Shown piece after piece: positions 60,690 through 64,000 of a stretch of DNA of 64,000 bases (position 1 is the first letter of the stretch; each line of letters begins with the position of its first letter). This stretch comes from Chthoniobacteraceae bacterium. Its GTDB lineage: Bacteria > Verrucomicrobiota > Verrucomicrobiia > Chthoniobacterales > Chthoniobacteraceae. The DNA is taken from contig JANNWY010000195.1 of assembly GCA_031409335.1 (NCBI GenBank), forward strand, positions 1 through 64,000. The letters run 5' to 3'. Position numbers and translations under genes: made by a program. Under the pieces are notes generated by a model. That model saw nothing but the letters and a program-made list of their open reading frames with translations. It did not search any database and had not been told where the DNA came from.

Positions 60690-63600
60690 ATGCTTAAACA
60701 GGCTGAAATTATCGTCAGGGAGGGCTCGAAAGCTCTCGCTGAATATCTCTTTGACCCCGGCAACTACGTCATCGGTCGCGATCCCTCTTGCGACATTTTG
60801 GTGAACAGTCTCGGCATTTCGCGCAAACACGCGCAACTTACGGTCACCGCTGACCGCCTCATCGTTCGGGATCTCGGCAGCACCAATGGCACCTATCTCG
60901 GCGAAGATCTCGTCGTCGGCGAGCAACCCGTGCTCCCGGGAAGTGCGATCCGCATCGGCACGCTGGGCAGCGTGGAAGTGCGGCTCGTGGATGCAAAAGT
61001 GCAGCCGCAAAATGGCAACGGGAACGGCAACGGGAACGGCCACGCGCAGGGCAATGGGAATGGCAACGGCAACGGCAGCGATCACGGGCAGTCGCGGATC
61101 GGGCAGTTGGAAAAGGCGATGGCTGAAGCGCAAAGCGAACGCGTCTCCGCGATCGGGCAAGTGGCGGAACTGCGCGCGCAATTGGACGCGGCCACACAGG
61201 AATTGGCCGCCGCGCGTTCCGAGACGCAGATGGGCTTTGAGAGTTCGGGGAAACTCGCGCGCGAAATGGAAGCGCAGACGGAAGAACTGGCCGCGCTGAA
61301 AACGACACACCGCGCGTTCACCGAAAAATATGAGATGGCGCTCGCCGAAAGCGATCACCTACGCGCCACTCACGAGAATCAGCGTCGAGAATGGGAAGAG
61401 CAGCGCGGCGTGCTCACGTCCCGCGTCCAGACTCTCGAGGCGGGTCAACGAGAGAGCGCCGTCGCGGCGCAGGCGCAACTCGGCGCGCTCCGGCAGGAAT
61501 CCGCCGACGTCCTGAAAGCGCGCGACGCGGCGCTGGCCGACGCGAGCCAGGAGCGCGAGGCGCATCGGACTTACCGGCAGCAAATGGCTGCGGAAATGGC
61601 GGAACTCCGCGAAAAAAATCAACGCCAGCTCGAAGTGCTCAATGCCGACTGGGAGCAAGTCATCACCGAGCGCGACGACGCGCTGCACCGCCTCGCGGAA
61701 AGCGGTGGCGAACTGCAAACTCGCATCGCCGCACTGCTCCGGGAGCGCGACGAAGCCAGGAAACTCGCGCAGGATCGGGAACAGAATCTCGCGGTTTCCA
61801 CCAAAGCGATCGAGGCGCTGAAACGCGAAGGGTCCGCGCTCACCCAGCAACGCGACGAGGCAGAGAAGGCGAAGGCGGCGCTCGGTGCCGAAGCCCAAGC
61901 AGCTCGACAGCAGCTTGCGGAAAGCGAGACGAACCATTCGCGGAAGATCGCGTCGCTGCAATGGGAGCGCGACGAACTCGAGAAGATGGCCCGCGCCGTC
62001 CAGGAGGAATTTGACCAGCATCGCGCCGCGATCACCCGCGAAAAATCCACGCTGAACGTCGAGGTGGCCACGCTCACCGATTCGCACAAGGCGCAGCTCG
62101 ACCAGATTTCCGCAGAACTCCAAGCTGCGGCGAAGGAGCGGGACGAAACCGCGCGCCAGTTTGCGGAATTCAAATCCGCCAGCCAAAAGCGGATGGCTGC
62201 AGTCACGAGTGAACGCGATGAGCTGACGAAAGCCGCGGGCGAACAACACGCCGAACTCCAGCGCCTCCGCGAAGAAGCCGCCCAAACCAAAACCGCGCTC
62301 TCCGGCGAAATGGCGGCGCTGGCCCAAACGCGCGACACGCAAATCGAGCAACTCACCAGCGAACGCGCCGAGGCCTTGCGCAAGTTTGCGGAACTCAAAA
62401 CGAGCAGCGAGCAGCAGTGCAATCTGCTGCGCACACAGCGCGATGAGTTTGAAAAAATCGCCAAAGCCGCCAAAGCCGAACGCGACCAGGCGGTGCAGGC
62501 GAAGGCCGAACTTTCCGGCGAAGTGACGACGCTCGCCGAAACGCGCACCGCGCAGCTCGCTCAACTCAAGAGCAGCAGCGAACAGCAACTCGCCGCGCTG
62601 CGGAAGGAGCGCGACGGATTTGAAAAAGCCGCCAAAGCGGCGCAGGCGGAACTCGTCCGCGACCGCGACGAAGCAGCGGGGATCAAGGCCGCACTTTCCG
62701 GCGAGATGGCAAATCGCTCGGCGCAAATCGAAAAAGTAGTCGGCGAGCGTGCCGCGGCTTTGCGCGAGATCGAGGAACTCAAGACCAGCAGCGGGCAGCA
62801 ACTCGCCGCGCTGCGAGAAGAGCGCGATGAATTTCAAAAGAACGCCAAAGCGGCGCAGGCAGAACTCGTCCGCGACCGCGATGAAGCAGCGGGGATCAAG
62901 GCCGCACTTTCCGGCGAGATGGCAAATCGCTCGGCGCAAATCGAAAAAGTAGTCGGCGAGCGTGCCGCAGCTTTGCGCGAGATCGAGGAACTCAAGGCGA
63001 GCCGCGAGCAACAACTCGCCGCCTTGCGCAACGAGCGCGATGAATTTGAAAAAGCCGCCCAAGCCCTGCGCTCGGAACTCGATCGCGAGCGTGGCGAGGC
63101 CGCGCAGACCAAAGCCGCGCTTTCCGGCGAGATGGCGACACTCAGCGAAACGCGCACGACGGAGCTCGAACGGCTCACCCAAGAACGTCAGGCCGCGCTC
63201 GAAGCGCGCGCGGAAACTCTGCTGCGGATCGAAGGGCTCAAGGCAGACAGCGAGCGACAATTCGCCGCGCTGCGCACGGAGCGCAGTGAGTTTGAAAAGA
63301 TCGCGAAGGCTGCGCAGGCGGAACTCAGCCGCGAACGCGAACAAGCAGCGCTGGCGCAGGCCACGCTTTCCGGCGAGATGACGACGCTCGTCGAAACGCG
63401 CACGGCGCAATTCGACGAATTGAAAAAGAGCAGCGGGCAGCACATCGCTGCACTGCAAAAGGAGCGCGATGAATTTCAAAAAACCGCCAAAGCCGCGCGG
63501 GCAGAACTCGATCGCGAACGCAGTCTGGCCGCTCAGGCGAAGGCTGCGCTTTCCGGCGAGATGGCGACACTCAGCGAAACGCGCACGATGGAGATCGAAC

Positions 63601-64000
63601 GGCTCACCCAAGAACGTCAGGCCGCGCTCGAAGCGCGCGCGGAAACTCTGCTGCGGATCGAAGGGCTCAAGGCGGACAGCGAGCGACAATTCGCCGCGCT
63701 GCGCACGGAGCGCAATGAGTTTGAAAAGAACGCGAATGCCGCGCAGGCGGAACTCAGCCGCGAACGCGAACAAGCTGCACAGGCGAAGGCGGCGCTCTCG
63801 GGCGAAGTGGCGACGCTGATCGAAACGCACACCGCGCAGATCCAGCAGCTCACCAACGAGCGGGCCGAAACGCTGCGCCGAATCGAGGAACTGAAGACGA
63901 ACAGCGAGCGGGAACTCGCTGCGTTGCGCGCGGAGCGGGATGAACTCGGCGCGCGTGAACGCGATGCTCAGGGCAAAATCGCCGCGATGGCGCGTGCGGT
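60690..64000 (+). CDS. FHA-domain protein with a very long repetitive coiled coil (runs off the window edge, >1100 aa)
   Basis: Not in the ORF track because there is no stop. Manual translation gives MLKQAEIIVREG...YVIGRDPSCDI...ISRKHAQL...RDLGSTNGTY (FHA GR/SxxH/NGT motifs), an (NG)n linker, then an E/A/R/K/L-rich helix with recurring LSGE(M/V). Confidence 0.92.
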   Translation, partial: MLKQAEIIVREGSKALAEYLFDPGNYVIGRDPSCDILVNSLGISRKHAQLTVTADRLIVRDLGSTNGTYLGEDLVVGEQPVLPGSAIRIGTLGSVEVRLVDAKVQPQNGNGNGNGNGHAQGNGNGNGNGSDHGQSRIGQLEKAMAEAQSERVSAIGQVAELRAQLDAATQELAAARSETQMGFESSGKLAREMEAQTEELAALKTTHRAFTEKYEMALAESDHLRATHENQRREWEEQRGVLTSRVQTLEAGQRESAVAAQAQLGALRQESADVLKARDAALADASQEREAHRTYRQQMAAEMAELREKNQRQLEVLNADWEQVITERDDALHRLAESGGELQTRIAALLRERDEARKLAQDREQNLAVSTKAIEALKREGSALTQQRDEAEKAKAALGAEAQAARQQLAESETNHSRKIASLQWERDELEKMARAVQEEFDQHRAAITREKSTLNVEVATLTDSHKAQLDQISAELQAAAKERDETARQFAEFKSASQKRMAAVTSERDELTKAAGEQHAELQRLREEAAQTKTALSGEMAALAQTRDTQIEQLTSERAEALRKFAELKTSSEQQCNLLRTQRDEFEKIAKAAKAERDQAVQAKAELSGEVTTLAETRTAQLAQLKSSSEQQLAALRKERDGFEKAAKAAQAELVRDRDEAAGIKAALSGEMANRSAQIEKVVGERAAALREIEELKTSSGQQLAALREERDEFQKNAKAAQAELVRDRDEAAGIKAALSGEMANRSAQIEKVVGERAAALREIEELKASREQQLAALRNERDEFEKAAQALRSELDRERGEAAQTKAALSGEMATLSETRTTELERLTQERQAALEARAETLLRIEGLKADSERQFAALRTERSEFEKIAKAAQAELSREREQAALAQATLSGEMTTLVETRTAQFDELKKSSGQHIAALQKERDEFQKTAKAARAELDRERSLAAQAKAALSGEMATLSETRTMEIERLTQERQAALEARAETLLRIEGLKADSERQFAALRTERNEFEKNANAAQAELSREREQAAQAKAALSGEVATLIETHTAQIQQLTNERAETLRRIEELKTNSERELAALRAERDELGARERDAQGKIAAMARA

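Noticed and set aside
60540..60690. Replication origin
   Set aside because: Only one good DnaA-box-like 9-mer, no AT-rich unwinding element and no dnaA/dnaN context.
62298..63800. Long direct DNA repeats as CRISPR or mobile-element ends
   Set aside because: All periods are multiples of 3 and lie in frame within the coiled-coil CDS.
61359..63830. 823-aa minus-strand repetitive ORF
   Set aside because: Antisense of the FHA coiled-coil gene, which the ORF track missed only because it has no stop in the window.

Overview
A GC-rich bacterial window whose gene content points to Verrucomicrobiota, probably Chthoniobacter-like (inferred from the MurC-MurB fusion, the LysM gene inside the dcw cluster and the many PEP-CTERM proteins). 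Bases 1-18.5 kb hold a minus-strand division/cell-wall (dcw) operon: mraZ-rsmH-ftsL-ftsI-murE-murF-mraY-murD-LysM-ftsW-murG-murC/murB fusion-ddl-ftsQ-ftsA-ftsZ (ftsZ runs off the window edge). An ABC exporter and a probably decayed toxin-antitoxin pair follow. From about 21.0 to 59.4 kb lies an accessory block bracketed by a 40-bp direct repeat (38/40 identical) that duplicates the 3' end of an EhpF/ANL-like gene; no integrase is visible. The left part of the block (21-27 kb) mixes small and decayed genes: Uma2, two frameshifted PEP-CTERM genes, a RelE-like TA pair, a surface-protein fragment, a membrane protein and an Fpg/Nei glycosylase. The right part is an intact ~32-kb locus. On the plus strand are an exported TPR-CHAT protease, a CHASE2 adenylate cyclase and an exported DUF928 protein. 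Converging on them from the minus strand are one TpsB (ShlB/FhaC), three filamentous-haemagglutinin TpsA proteins with a near-invariant C-terminal peptide, and two large PEP-CTERM beta-helix proteins; a third PEP-CTERM gene sits on the plus strand between two tpsA genes. This locus is the best candidate for a poorly described system, possibly periplasmic protease-to-cAMP signalling coupled to two-partner secretion. The window ends in an FHA-domain coiled-coil repeat gene that is truncated by the edge. No rRNA, tRNA or CRISPR array was seen. All family assignments come from motif recognition by eye, not from database searches.
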